Below are positions 20,324 through 31,900 of a DNA stretch of 40,641 nt, one piece after another. Under the pieces are notes generated by a model, which saw only the letters and a program-made list of their open reading frames with translations, did no database searches and was not told where the DNA came from. The stretch is from positions 1 through 40,641 of the IMG/VR virus record IMGVR_UViG_3300008085_000056; one strand, written 5' to 3'. Within the stretch, counting starts at the first letter, position 1. Every line of letters begins with the position of its first letter. The position numbers were made by a program, and so were the translations under genes. Source of the stretch: a virus. Taxonomy: Duplodnaviria; Caudoviricetes.

Positions 20324-22858
20324 ATGGCAAATAATTTTCACTTAGATGTGGTTGGAAAACCATTTTCAAAATCAGTACAAAAAGAATTAAAAAGTAGAAT
20401 AACCTTAAATCAAATTAATGATGATGACGGTAATCTATTAACTCCCTATCATTTACCTTATGTTAAATTAAAAAGATTAAATGATTTACCAAAATGGAAT
20501 ACATCTTTAGATGAATTACAATATTTAAAAGACTATATTAATGTAGAACCTAATCTGCATATCAAAAATAAAAAATTTTGTGAATTAGGATATATTCATG
20601 AAGAAGGTGTATATAAAATTAATGAAGGTTTTAATGAAATATTAAAAAATGATGAATTTAGACCACCACCATCTATCAAAGCTATAAACATTGAACAAAC
20701 AGATTTCACCTTTTATACTATTGATGTGGAATTGATTATTCCAAGTATCAGTGATTTTAATGATATAAAAATGAAATGGTTAGATTTTGGTTTGCCCGTT
20801 GAAGTTGAATGGGGGTGTAATAAATTAATAAATGTTAAACCAACAAAAACAGCTATTGGAGAATTACCCGATACAGACCCATATAAACAAACTCTAGTAG
20901 GAATAATTGCATCATTTGATTATAAAACTAATCCTAATAGAACTATAACTGTTAATCTAAAAATTATTAGTGCTAATTTATTATTTGCATTAGATAATCA
21001 AAATATGGATGTTGAATCTAAAACAGTACAGATTAATGAGATAAAATTATTATTAAGGAGTATGTTAATAGGAACTAAAATTAACGGGAATAGTGTGAGT
21101 CTTGTTGGTTTTAATGATAATCATGATAATATATATTATGTAAGTGACTCTGATACATATATTCATGGGTTAGGAATAATAAAACGAGGACTTAATTTCA
21201 TCACATTGACTGAAAATCCAAGTGGTATTATAAATGGTGGTGAGATAATAAAAACAAACAGCAATCCCGTTGATAAAAAAGCAAAAGCAATGTCTACCAA
21301 AGAATATAAAAATATAGTTGAAAAATATATTAAATTGGCAAAAATATTGAAAATCGCGATTGAAATTGGAAATAAAGAACGTCAAATTCCATGGTATAAC
21401 GTATCTTCATTGGATAATGAATTAATGAGTGCATTAAAAATAAATAAGTCATTGATTTCAACATACGATAATGGTAGTATTATGGAATTAGAAGAATTTG
21501 CAAATGATTTATCAAAAAATATGAATAGATTTATGTCGAATTATTATTCTGATACTTATAAAGATATAGAAAGTATATATAAAACAGTACTTTCTAAATT
21601 AAAATTAAATTCTCAGCAATATTTAGTAGATAAATACTATTTTATTTCTTTACGAGCGATTGAATATATGTTAAATGAAATTTCTACACGTGTACAAGTT
21701 GGTAAACAAAAAGGATTAATCACATTTTTAAATATATCCAATTCCCCCTATGCCAAATTACCAGCCTTGGGTAGTATATACCCTACTAAAATGTTATTTA
21801 ACCCAAAACATAAACGATATGAAAGAAATGATGATAAAAATAAACCCTTTATAGAAACAAAAAATGGTGATATTAATTTGACTAAGGATATTTACATTTC
21901 TGCACCTATTTTTTTTCAAATTATTAATGAGAGTAAAAGTATTTATGGTATTCTAAATAATATTATTGATACTATTAATTATTGTAGTAATGGTATGGTA
22001 AATCTAAAAATTACGGGTGAACATTCCATAGACAATGACTATAAAACTTTGACTTTAACATTACACGATTCTAATATGATTACGGTCAATGTAGAACAAA
22101 CTGAAGAATATTACACATTAGATTTATTCAACCCTAAATATAATTTAAAATCATTAGAAGTTATAACTGATATCCCATCGGATATTGGGTCTATAAGTTA
22201 CATCAGGGATTATATAGCTAAAAAATTACACGAAAAAGATGAAACGGATACTAATAATCGTGGAAAACAAAGAATAACTGCAATTATAGATGATATACCT
22301 ATTATAAAACGAATGTTTGATGCAAATGATGATGGTGAATTAATAAGTTCATTAAAAGATACAATTGATTCTTCATTACAAGATATGGCATCAATATACG
22401 AATCTTCGGAGTTTAATAATAATGAGCGAATGGAATCATCGGTTTTTTTATCATATATATTATTATATTATAGAATATTAATGGAATCATATAAAGTTGA
22501 ATCTGATAGTCTGAATATTAATAATCGATTGGTAGAAATACCATTGAAAATTAGTTTTTCTATTGATGGTATTGCAGGGATAATACCAACACAGATGTTT
22601 AAAGTTACAAATGATAGTTTCCCAATGGGGTATGATATGAAACAACAAACTAATTGGAATTCATTTATTGTTACAAATCAGAAACATACTATTACAAATA
22701 GTTCTTGGACAACTAATATTCAAGCACAATTATATTTATCATCGGTTGCTCATCAAAATGTTACACAACAAACGATAAATAATGAAAAACTAAAAACGGA
22801 ATTATTAAAACTTAAAGAAATATTGGAAGAAATGTTAATAAAGGTATTGACTAAGTAA
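20324..22858 (+). CDS. putative baseplate hub protein
   Basis: 844 aa after the LysM protein; VEVEWG, IPLKISFSIDGIAGI, KHTITNSSWTTNI resemble gp27/late-control-D-like hub proteins. Confidence 0.5.
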   Translation: MANNFHLDVVGKPFSKSVQKELKSRITLNQINDDDGNLLTPYHLPYVKLKRLNDLPKWNTSLDELQYLKDYINVEPNLHIKNKKFCELGYIHEEGVYKINEGFNEILKNDEFRPPPSIKAINIEQTDFTFYTIDVELIIPSISDFNDIKMKWLDFGLPVEVEWGCNKLINVKPTKTAIGELPDTDPYKQTLVGIIASFDYKTNPNRTITVNLKIISANLLFALDNQNMDVESKTVQINEIKLLLRSMLIGTKINGNSVSLVGFNDNHDNIYYVSDSDTYIHGLGIIKRGLNFITLTENPSGIINGGEIIKTNSNPVDKKAKAMSTKEYKNIVEKYIKLAKILKIAIEIGNKERQIPWYNVSSLDNELMSALKINKSLISTYDNGSIMELEEFANDLSKNMNRFMSNYYSDTYKDIESIYKTVLSKLKLNSQQYLVDKYYFISLRAIEYMLNEISTRVQVGKQKGLITFLNISNSPYAKLPALGSIYPTKMLFNPKHKRYERNDDKNKPFIETKNGDINLTKDIYISAPIFFQIINESKSIYGILNNIIDTINYCSNGMVNLKITGEHSIDNDYKTLTLTLHDSNMITVNVEQTEEYYTLDLFNPKYNLKSLEVITDIPSDIGSISYIRDYIAKKLHEKDETDTNNRGKQRITAIIDDIPIIKRMFDANDDGELISSLKDTIDSSLQDMASIYESSEFNNNERMESSVFLSYILLYYRILMESYKVESDSLNINNRLVEIPLKISFSIDGIAGIIPTQMFKVTNDSFPMGYDMKQQTNWNSFIVTNQKHTITNSSWTTNIQAQLYLSSVAHQNVTQQTINNEKLKTELLKLKEILEEMLIKVLTK

Positions 22859-22875
22859 TATATTAGTAATATATT
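22847..22875 (+). promoter_or_regulatory. sigma70-like promoter
   Basis: TTGACT-17 bp-TATATT upstream of the PolA-like gene. Confidence 0.55.
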
Positions 22876-22883
22876 AGAATTCA

Positions 22884-23939
22884 ATGAAAATATTTGAATT
22901 TATAGTAAGCAACACATTAGATTTTATATTAATCAAATCCGAACATAAACGGGTTGATGTGATTAAGGTATCATCGGGTGATAATACACCCTATTTTAGG
23001 TTGTACAGACCTTCAATTGAAGAAACGATTGATATGTTATCTAAACATATTGAAGAGTCTGATGGTCAAATTTTCATTTATAATAAAAAAAATCTTTTTC
23101 ATTTTAGTGTTGACAAACGTATTCAAAATTTGTTATATTTATTTTCCGATTATAACTTTGCAAATTGGCAAAATAACAAAATGGAGACTTATCATGAAAT
23201 AAAAAATATTCCTAATGTTGCGTATCATATTGATGCATTAAATAAACTATCATTTGATTTTTTTGTATATAATGAAGCGCACATTCCAAATCATAATGAA
23301 GTTTTGAAAGCTTGCTCAATATTGAGTTCAGATTTATTACTCAAAGACGATACTATCATAGCAAAAAATTTTAACCCCTACACCGTAACAGGTCGATTGC
23401 ATGACATTGGTGGGAATACCGTAGCAATGCAAAAAGATGATAGAAATAACGTTGTATATGATGGAATAAAACTTGAACTCGATATTGATGGCTTTCACCT
23501 TCGAATTATAGACAAATTATTAAATTTAAATCTTATTCCAAAGAATGAAAAAGCTATTGAAAAAATACACAATGAAGTGTATACATCCTTAGATAGAAAA
23601 GACTTCAAAAAAGAGATTTATAAATCTTTGTATTCTGAGTCATTTCATATACAACACCCTTTTTTCGAACAAGTAAAATCAAAATATAAAACGATGCATG
23701 GGGCATTGAATTATACTAGAAATTTTAATTATGTAATTCAATCCCACGAAGTATTGGAAATGTCTAAAATCATTAATAATATACCAACCGATAGTTATTT
23801 TGATATAACTTTTTATCTTTATGATGGTCTTATAATTGATGCTAAACCAAATAAAATCAATGATATACTATTATATTTAAAAAGTCTAGAATTCCCATTT
23901 AAAATAAAAATGTTAGACAGAGAAAAATTTTTATTTTAA
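22884..23939 (+). CDS. small, divergent family A DNA polymerase-like protein
   Basis: PYTVTGRL, motif A-like ELDIDGFHLRII, motif B-like FKKEIYKSLY, FNYVIQSHE, motif C-like YLYDGLIID; only 351 aa. Confidence 0.7.
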   Translation: MKIFEFIVSNTLDFILIKSEHKRVDVIKVSSGDNTPYFRLYRPSIEETIDMLSKHIEESDGQIFIYNKKNLFHFSVDKRIQNLLYLFSDYNFANWQNNKMETYHEIKNIPNVAYHIDALNKLSFDFFVYNEAHIPNHNEVLKACSILSSDLLLKDDTIIAKNFNPYTVTGRLHDIGGNTVAMQKDDRNNVVYDGIKLELDIDGFHLRIIDKLLNLNLIPKNEKAIEKIHNEVYTSLDRKDFKKEIYKSLYSESFHIQHPFFEQVKSKYKTMHGALNYTRNFNYVIQSHEVLEMSKIINNIPTDSYFDITFYLYDGLIIDAKPNKINDILLYLKSLEFPFKIKMLDREKFLF

Positions 23940-23940
23940 C

Positions 23941-23968
23941 TTGACAAAAACCAAAAGATTCCTATAAT
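23941..23968 (+). promoter_or_regulatory. sigma70 consensus promoter for SSB operon
   Basis: TTGACA-16 bp-TATAAT. Confidence 0.7.
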
Positions 23969-24046
23969 TAACCATGCAATAGCCGAAAGACAAAATCGTC
24001 AAGTGGCAAAAATGCATTAACAAATAACAAAACAATCAAAAATAAT

Positions 24047-25063
24047 ATGGAAACATCCGAACAAGCAAACGCACCAAAACAAATGTCTACTCTTCAATAT
24101 TTACGCCAAAAAGCTCAAGAAGCAGTAGAAAAATCAAACTCACATATTGCTATTTTCGAAGAGGGGGAACACAGAGTTAGAATTCTAGCTAACAAATATG
24201 CAAAATTGGAACTATTCAAATTGCTTTATGTGTATTACCCAAATAAAGGTATCGCATCTGAAATTATAATTTCACCTAAAACATACGGTTTACCTGACCC
24301 TGTTGAAGAATTTTGCTTAGACGAGATTCGTGGTGGTTCATTATCAAAAGAGGAATTCAAAAGAATTTCAGGATTAAGACCTTCGCCTGTATATTTAGTT
24401 CCCGTGATTAAACGTGAAGGGGATAAAGATTCTACCTATGATGAAAAATTTGGTGTTAAGTGGCTACTATTATCAGGTGGATATCCTGATACCGAACCAT
24501 TTGATGATACTAAAGGTCAATTTGGAAGAATCATCAGTGCTTATTTCAAAGCTATAAAACGTAATCCCGAATTAGAAATACAAGATTACAACGGTTTGGA
24601 TTTATATATCGATGTCGTAGGTAAAGATAAATCGGGTACGGGGTATAAAAAAATTGAATATTCTTTCGATACTACTAAAACTCCTGTAGTAGAGTCAAAA
24701 ACTCAATGGAAAGAATTAGTAGCATCTGCAATTGACCCTACAAAAATATTTGCTTCTCCTACATATGAGGAATTAGAAATAATGCTTGCTAAATCCCTTT
24801 CAAAAGGAGCATCAGGAGACCATGAAGAAGAGGAAGATGAAAAACATAAAGCATCTTCAAGACGTAGAAAACGTTCATCAGATGACGATGATTCTGTCGA
24901 AGATGAAATCGATGAAGCTAAAATATTAGCCCAAGCAAGTGCAGTATTCGATGACGATGATGACGAAGAAGAATCAGAAAAAAAACCTGATGTAAAACAT
25001 TCGACCAAAAAAGTTGTTGAAGTTGTTGAAGATGATGAAGATGATGACGATTTACCATTCTAA
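24047..25063 (+). CDS. single-stranded DNA-binding protein (gp32-like)
   Basis: EGEHRVRIL, ISPKTYGLPDPVEEF, YLVPVIKR, long acidic tail ending DDDDLPF; upstream of recA. Confidence 0.8.
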   Translation: METSEQANAPKQMSTLQYLRQKAQEAVEKSNSHIAIFEEGEHRVRILANKYAKLELFKLLYVYYPNKGIASEIIISPKTYGLPDPVEEFCLDEIRGGSLSKEEFKRISGLRPSPVYLVPVIKREGDKDSTYDEKFGVKWLLLSGGYPDTEPFDDTKGQFGRIISAYFKAIKRNPELEIQDYNGLDLYIDVVGKDKSGTGYKKIEYSFDTTKTPVVESKTQWKELVASAIDPTKIFASPTYEELEIMLAKSLSKGASGDHEEEEDEKHKASSRRRKRSSDDDDSVEDEIDEAKILAQASAVFDDDDDEEESEKKPDVKHSTKKVVEVVEDDEDDDDLPF

Positions 25064-25066
25064 ATT

Positions 25067-25101
25067 TAAAATGGGTGATTTTATATCACCCATTTTATTT
25101 T
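25067..25101 (+). terminator. hairpin/terminator after SSB
   Basis: taaaatgggtgat-tttat-atcacccatttta, perfect 13-bp stem. Confidence 0.75.
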
Positions 25102-25128
25102 ATTAAACTTTTAAATTTAAAAAATTAC

Positions 25129-26340
25129 ATGGCTAGAAAGAAAAAAGATGAAGAAGACGAATTAGTAGAAGCGCAAACTGATGATTTATCTAAAATTATG
25201 GAAGGTATCGATGCGGTCAAGAAACTGTATAAGGGTACTGATGCAGGTGATATCAACTTAATGAGTGATATATATGAAAAACTCATGCCATCGGGGTATA
25301 TAACTACAGGAGATTGGATATTAGATTTAATAATTAGTAATAGACCTCATGGTGGATTACCATTATCTAAATTTATAAATATCTTTGGTGATTCATCAGT
25401 TGGTAAATCATTGATAGTAGCAGTTATCATGGCATCATTCCAAAAAGCAGGTGGATATGCAATGTATTTCGATACAGAACGTGCAGTTTTCCCACCATTT
25501 ATGGAGGTATTAGGTGTTGACCCTAAAAAAACAATTTTCATCGGTAAGATGAGAACATTAGAAAAGATTTTTGAAACAATTGTAACAGTTGTTATCAATA
25601 ATAAAAAACGTAAAGTAGATGTACCATTCGTAATCGTAATCGATTCGATGACTGCTACTAATATTGAATCTGTTATCGAAGACTTAACTGCATTTGGAGA
25701 TTCAGGTTTCCAAGGTGGAGCAAAGAAACAAAAAGTTCTTGGAGAAGCATTTCAAAAAATCATAGATTTCATTAAGGATGAAAAGGTGTGTTTTATTACA
25801 ACAGACCAAATCCGTGATAACATGGAACGTGCTAATAAATTCTCTGCGAAAACTCGTAGTACATCGGGTAATGCACAAAGATTTTATTCGGATGTTAGAC
25901 TTGAATTAACGTTAAAGACTAATATCAAAAATTCTAATAAGGAATTTATTGGTACAGAAATCAATGTGAAGACTGTTAAGAATAGAATTGCACCAAACAA
26001 AAGAGAAACAACTATTTTCCTTTATGGAACAAAAGGTTTAGATAAATACAAATCATTCTTGGAACATTTGAAAAAACAAAACATCATTAGTTCTACGAGT
26101 GCAGGTATTAAATACACATTAGAAGATGGTGAAGTATTCAGAATTGATGGTAAGATGCCATCTGAACCACAATTCAAAAAACTTTTGCGTACAGATTCAG
26201 AATTTTTTGATATATTGTATAACAAACTATATCCGAATTATATTGTTAAGTATGACCGTAAAGGTGATGATTACTTTGATGATTTAGATGAAGATTTGAT
26301 TTATGAAAATCCTGAAGATGAAGAATCAGAAATTGATTAA
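25129..26340 (+). CDS. recA: RecA/UvsX-like recombinase (start moved from 25075 to ATG 25129)
   Basis: ITTGDWILD, GGLP, Walker A GDSSVGKS, YFDTERA, VIDS, QIRD, SGNAQRFYSDVRL, KNRIAP. Confidence 0.92.
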   Translation: MARKKKDEEDELVEAQTDDLSKIMEGIDAVKKLYKGTDAGDINLMSDIYEKLMPSGYITTGDWILDLIISNRPHGGLPLSKFINIFGDSSVGKSLIVAVIMASFQKAGGYAMYFDTERAVFPPFMEVLGVDPKKTIFIGKMRTLEKIFETIVTVVINNKKRKVDVPFVIVIDSMTATNIESVIEDLTAFGDSGFQGGAKKQKVLGEAFQKIIDFIKDEKVCFITTDQIRDNMERANKFSAKTRSTSGNAQRFYSDVRLELTLKTNIKNSNKEFIGTEINVKTVKNRIAPNKRETTIFLYGTKGLDKYKSFLEHLKKQNIISSTSAGIKYTLEDGEVFRIDGKMPSEPQFKKLLRTDSEFFDILYNKLYPNYIVKYDRKGDDYFDDLDEDLIYENPEDEESEID

Positions 26341-26345
26341 CTTAT

Positions 26346-26370
26346 AAGGGGATTAACAATCCCCTTTTTT
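26346..26370 (+). terminator. rho-independent terminator after recA
   Basis: aaggggatt-aac-aatcccc followed by T6. Confidence 0.8.
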
Positions 26371-26402
26371 ATTACTATTAACTTTTAAATTAAACTGATA
26401 TT

Positions 26403-27431
26403 ATGGATTTATATGCAAAATTTCTAAAATTTAAACAAGAAAAAGAAATTAGAAAAGCAAAACCAAGACCAATCCTTATATTCGATATGATGTACATATT
26501 TAGGTCACAATTTAGCGCTCAGACGCTTATAACTGAAGAGGGTGTACGAATGGGTGGTGTCGGTGGTGCAGTTCGTTACATCGAGAATATGATTAAATTA
26601 TATAACCCTAAAAATGTTGTTTGTGTATTCGATGGGAAAAATAATGCGAGTAAAAAACAAGAGTTGGATGAAAATTATAAGGCTGATAGAGGTCAAAAAC
26701 ATAAGATGTTACGGTCTCCTTTATCATATGATGAAGCAGATGCACAAAAACAAATGGAATTGGAATTGGGTATGCTTATTAAAATACTTCAATTGCTACC
26801 TGTTAAGACAATTGAAATCAACGGTTTAGAAGCAGATGATGTCATTGGATATTTAACTAAACAATACTATCCTGATAGAAATACTAATGTTATGATTTTT
26901 TCTGCTGATAAGGATTTTATTCAATTGATTGATAACAATACAGTTTGGTATAACTGTAAAAAGAAAGAAATTGTAAATCTTGACAATTATACACAATATT
27001 GGGAAGTTCCAATAGAAAATGTAATCTATATTAGAAGTATTGAGGGTGACACATCAGATAAGTTAGCAGGTATCAAAGGATTGGGTACTAAAACTTTATT
27101 AAAATTACTTCCTGAAATCTCAGAAATCCCTTTTAAATCGATTGATGATTTCTTATCTTTTATACAATCTATACAAGAGCGATTGAGTACCACTAAAAAG
27201 GGTAAATTATTAGTTGAATCAGAAAGTACGATTAGAACATCGTATAACATTATGCAATTATCTAAACCGATGATTGATAATAGTCAAGAACATAAGATAT
27301 TATCTATAATGGACGATGAAGTTTACAATATTAGAAATCGTGATAAATTATTCGACTATCTTAAATCTAATTTATTAACATCAATCATATCAACGTATAG
27401 AATAGATAATTTTTTTAAAATACTACGATAA
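26403..27431 (+). CDS. 5'-3' exonuclease / flap endonuclease (T4 RNase H-like)
   Basis: LIFD, VFDG, YKADR, EADDVIG, SADKDFIQL, GDTSDKLAGIKGLGTKT. Confidence 0.92.
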   Translation: MDLYAKFLKFKQEKEIRKAKPRPILIFDMMYIFRSQFSAQTLITEEGVRMGGVGGAVRYIENMIKLYNPKNVVCVFDGKNNASKKQELDENYKADRGQKHKMLRSPLSYDEADAQKQMELELGMLIKILQLLPVKTIEINGLEADDVIGYLTKQYYPDRNTNVMIFSADKDFIQLIDNNTVWYNCKKKEIVNLDNYTQYWEVPIENVIYIRSIEGDTSDKLAGIKGLGTKTLLKLLPEISEIPFKSIDDFLSFIQSIQERLSTTKKGKLLVESESTIRTSYNIMQLSKPMIDNSQEHKILSIMDDEVYNIRNRDKLFDYLKSNLLTSIISTYRIDNFFKILR

Positions 27432-27434
27432 ATT

Positions 27435-28841
27435 ATGTCAATAACCGATACATTTGAAGTAAGCGAAGAATATGAACTTAAATTATTAGCTAACTTAATA
27501 GATGATGAGATATTTCTAACACAGATAATTGAAATTTTAAAAGAAGAATATTTTAGTACTCCCGAACATCAATGGGTGTTCGCTTTTATTAAGAAGTATC
27601 ATATGAAATATTCATCTATGGCTACTAAAGATGCTTTTATTATTGAAATTAAAAGTCAAGGATTAAAAAAATCTGTTCGTGACCCAATATTAATTATTTT
27701 ACATAAGATATTTGAATTTAAAAAGAAATATACTCGTGATAGTGATATTATTAAGGAAGATTCGTTAATATTTTGTAGAAATCAAGCGGTATCTAATGCA
27801 TTAGTAAAATCGGCAGAATTATTACCATATAAAAAATTCAGCGAGATTCGTCATGTTTTAGATACTGCATTAATGGCAGGTGAAATACAATCTGGTGGTA
27901 TCGATTTTGATAATATCGATGATAGAAGAATAAATAAACCGAGGAAACATCTTATACCGTTGCCTTGGAATGCTATCAATACACGTATTGGTGGGGGAAT
28001 GGCTGAAGGTGAATTCATGGTATTAGTAGCTCCAATGGGTGCAGGTAAAACTATGATTGCTTCTATAATTGCAAAGTATATGCGTGAACATGGACATGAT
28101 TGTTTATTTGCATCATTAGAATTAGATGCAAGAAAAATTAGACATCGAATTGATGCAATGATATTGAATGAACCATTATCTATGGTAAAAGAAGCAGAAG
28201 AATATGCCGATATCATCCATGAAAAAATTCTATTATATCCCAAATCATCATTGGTAATAGAAAAATTTAGTCCTACGGGTACTACTACTTCTACATTACG
28301 TACAAAAATCAAGATGTTGAAATCAAAGGGTATTGAAATCAAGTATATGTTAGTAGATTACTTAGACATTTTAGACACTATTGACCCTGTTCATAACAAT
28401 AAAAAAGATTGGGAAAAACAAGAATTTGTTTCAAGGGATTTATTTGGATTAGCATCTGAATTGAACATAAGAATTGTTGGATTAGTACAAGGTAATACTA
28501 CCGCTTCTGATGCAGAAGTAATATCTGTTAAAACTACATCGGGTGGTACAAAACGTTTACACCCTGCTGATTTAATTCTTGGGTATGCAAGACCCGATAA
28601 CTTTAAAATTCAAAACAAAGCTAACATTTCCTTTATTAAAAATAGATTTGGTAAAGATGGGTATGTATTATCTGCTACTACCAATTATGATTATGGTGTT
28701 ATAAATATTGATGATACTGAACTATCCCCCGATGTTGAAACTAAAGAAGTCGTGGAAGAATCATTAAAGGACAAATATCAAAATTTTGTCAAAAAAAGAA
28801 AAATGTCTGAAAGTAGTGAAGCATTTTCAGATTTAATATAG
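27435..28841 (+). CDS. dnaB: DnaB/gp41-like replicative helicase
   Basis: GGGMAEGE, Walker A APMGAGKT, ASLEL, LVDYLD, ADLIL, IKNRFG. Confidence 0.9.
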   Translation: MSITDTFEVSEEYELKLLANLIDDEIFLTQIIEILKEEYFSTPEHQWVFAFIKKYHMKYSSMATKDAFIIEIKSQGLKKSVRDPILIILHKIFEFKKKYTRDSDIIKEDSLIFCRNQAVSNALVKSAELLPYKKFSEIRHVLDTALMAGEIQSGGIDFDNIDDRRINKPRKHLIPLPWNAINTRIGGGMAEGEFMVLVAPMGAGKTMIASIIAKYMREHGHDCLFASLELDARKIRHRIDAMILNEPLSMVKEAEEYADIIHEKILLYPKSSLVIEKFSPTGTTTSTLRTKIKMLKSKGIEIKYMLVDYLDILDTIDPVHNNKKDWEKQEFVSRDLFGLASELNIRIVGLVQGNTTASDAEVISVKTTSGGTKRLHPADLILGYARPDNFKIQNKANISFIKNRFGKDGYVLSATTNYDYGVINIDDTELSPDVETKEVVEESLKDKYQNFVKKRKMSESSEAFSDLI

Positions 28842-28975
28842 TAGTTATATATAAATTCAAAAAAAACAATTAGTTAAGAAAAAAACATTTTTGTCAAAAA
28901 AATAAAGAATGGGAGTAATTAATGTTTACCCCTTAGAAAATAATAATAATAAACTAAAACAGCAAACTAAATAAT

Positions 28976-31900
28976 ATGAACAAAAAGATAGATGGTAAAA
29001 AACTATTAGGAGATTTCCAATTTATTAGTGGATATTCCAAATACAACGAAGAAATACAAAAAAAAGAAACGTGGTTGGATTCAACAAAACGTGTGATGGG
29101 GATGCACTATATTAAATATAAAGATAAGATAGATAGTAATCCAAAACTAAAAGAATTATTTGATTTTGCACATAGTGCTTATGATGACCAATTGGTATTA
29201 GCATCTCAGAGAAGTCTTCAATATGGTGGTGAACCTACATTAAGAAAGCAGATGCGAATTTATAACTGTGCCGTAACATATTTAGATAGAATTAGAGCAT
29301 TTCAAGAGATTATGTTCATGCTCATGATGGGTTGTGGTGTTGGATTTTCAGCACAAACAAAACACATTGCTAAATTGCCCAAATTATCTGCTCGTAATAA
29401 AGGAACTAAAACTTATATTGTACCTGATACATCAGAAGGTTGGGCGGACTCGTTTGGTGTATTACTATCATCATATGTTGCAGAAGGGTATGATACTACA
29501 TTCCCCGAATATCAAGGATATAAAGTATATTTCGATTACTCTCTAGTAAGACCCGAAGGTGCTTATATTACAGGTGGATTTAAAGCACCGAGTCATAAAG
29601 GGTTGAAAAAATCCATTGAAAAAGTACAAGATTTATTAGATAAAGAAGTATCCTTGTCAGTAAATGTTTCCGTCCCATTCCGTTCAATAGTAGCATATGA
29701 TGTTGTAATGCACATGAGTGATGCTGTACTATCGGGTGGATTAAGACGCAGCGCGACAATTTGTGTATTCTCATTTGATGATACCGAAATGATGAAAGCT
29801 AAAACAGGAGATTGGTATTTAACAAATCCTCAACGTGGGCGTTCTAATAATAGTGTGGCGTTATTAAGAGATACTGTTACGAGAGAACAATTCGATTTTA
29901 TAATAGAATCTACCAAACAATTCGGTGAACCTGCATTCGTATTTGTTGATGATGAAGACATACTTGTAAATCCATGTGTTACTTCCGATACTACGGTCAA
30001 AACTACTGAGGGTACTAAATTGGTCAAAGATTTGATTGGTAAACCGTTTAATGCTATTGTCGATGGGTCGGTTTATAAATCTTTATCAAATGGGTTTTGG
30101 AAAACTGGTACTAAACCCGTGTATCAATTAGAAACTAAAAAAGGTTTTAAAATAAAAGCCACTGGAAATCACCAATTCCAATATAAATTAAATGATAAAG
30201 ATGATTATAAATGGGAAGAGTTATCTAATATCCCGTTAAAATCTAAAATCAGGTTGAATGACCATACCGTATATAATTCGGAATTACAAATAGATTCGGA
30301 GTTTGAACGGGGGTGGGCTATAGGAAGTTTAATTGGTGATGGTACATTCATCGATAACAGCGCACATTTATGTTATTGGGGTGATGTAGAAGAATTGAAT
30401 GTAGCTAAAACCATATTGAATTCTCATTTCAAGTCGTACGATAAATTAAAAGTTGGTACTACATTTGAAGATAAAACTACATTTTCATCCAAAAAATTGC
30501 AAATGTTAGCTCAGAAATTGAATATAATACGTGGTAATAAAATTTTAAATTCAACGGTTGAAACTCAATCGGATAACTTTATTAAAGGGGTATTACGAGG
30601 ATATTTCGATTCAGATGGGAGTGTTCAAGGTACACAAGAAAAAGGAGTATCGATACGATTAACATCTATAGAATTACAAAATTTAGAAATTGTACAACGT
30701 ATGCTTTTACGATTTGGTATTATGAGTTCTATTTATAAAAATAGAAGAATAGAACAACTGAGAGAACTACCAGATGGACGTGGTGGTACAAAGGAATATT
30801 TGTGTAAGCATATACACGAATTAGTTATCTCCAAACAAAGTTTAAAAAAATTCAATGATATAATTGGTTTTTTTAATAAAGATAAATCAGAAAAATTGGT
30901 AGATTTACTATCTAAATATAAAAGACAGTTAAACAACGATAAATTTTATGATACAGTTGTATCTATTAATTTGATTGGTTACGAAGATGTGTATGACGTT
31001 ACTATCGATGAAGTTCATGCGTTTGATGCGAATGGTTTTTATGCACATAATTGTGTCGAAATATCGTTCAAACCTTTACACCATTTAACAAATGAATCTG
31101 GCTGGCAAACTTGTGTATCACATGATACTAAACTTATTACTAAAACAGGTATTGAAACTATTGGGAATCTTAGTGATAATAATTTATCTGCTGAAATTTG
31201 GAATGGTGAAAAATGGAGTCTAGTGACCCCCGTAAAAACAGGTGAAAATAAAAAATTATATAGAGTTCTGTTTGGTGATGGTTCATATTTAGATTGTACT
31301 GATAATCACACATTTTTGGTGAAAAATAGATTCGAAAAGACTTATCGAGAACTTGAAACTAAAGATTTAATCAAAGAATTAGTTAATACTAAATATACTT
31401 TGTCCGTGCCACGAGTCAATATTACATATGATAGTGGTATTCACGAAGAATATGCGTATGAATATGGATACATTTTAGGTGATGGGTGTGCAACAATTCA
31501 TCATAAAGACGTTGAATTGAAATATAGAACACCATTTGCATCATTATATGAGGATATAAATCTACCTCTAAGAGGTAATATTGGAACATCACAATTTAAT
31601 TCATACGGGACTAAATTCCATAATATATATTTTATAGATGTTGATAAAAAATTTAGTTTTGAATTAAAATATGATTATGGGCTTCCAAAAACAATATTTA
31701 CATGGGATAGAAATAGCATTATAAATTTTGTTGCAGGTTGGATAGATGCTGATGGTTCAGCACAAGGTAATGGTTGTAGATTATATGGTGAAGAACATAA
31801 ACTACGTGATGCCCAATTGTTATTGACTAAAATTGGTGTTAATTCATCAATTAATAAATTAGGTAACGTTGGTGATAAGACATCAATGAATTTAGTTAGA

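Noticed and set aside
25075-25128. ORF-track start of recA at 25075
   Set aside because: It lies in the terminator hairpin; ATG 25129 has the A-rich leader typical of this genome
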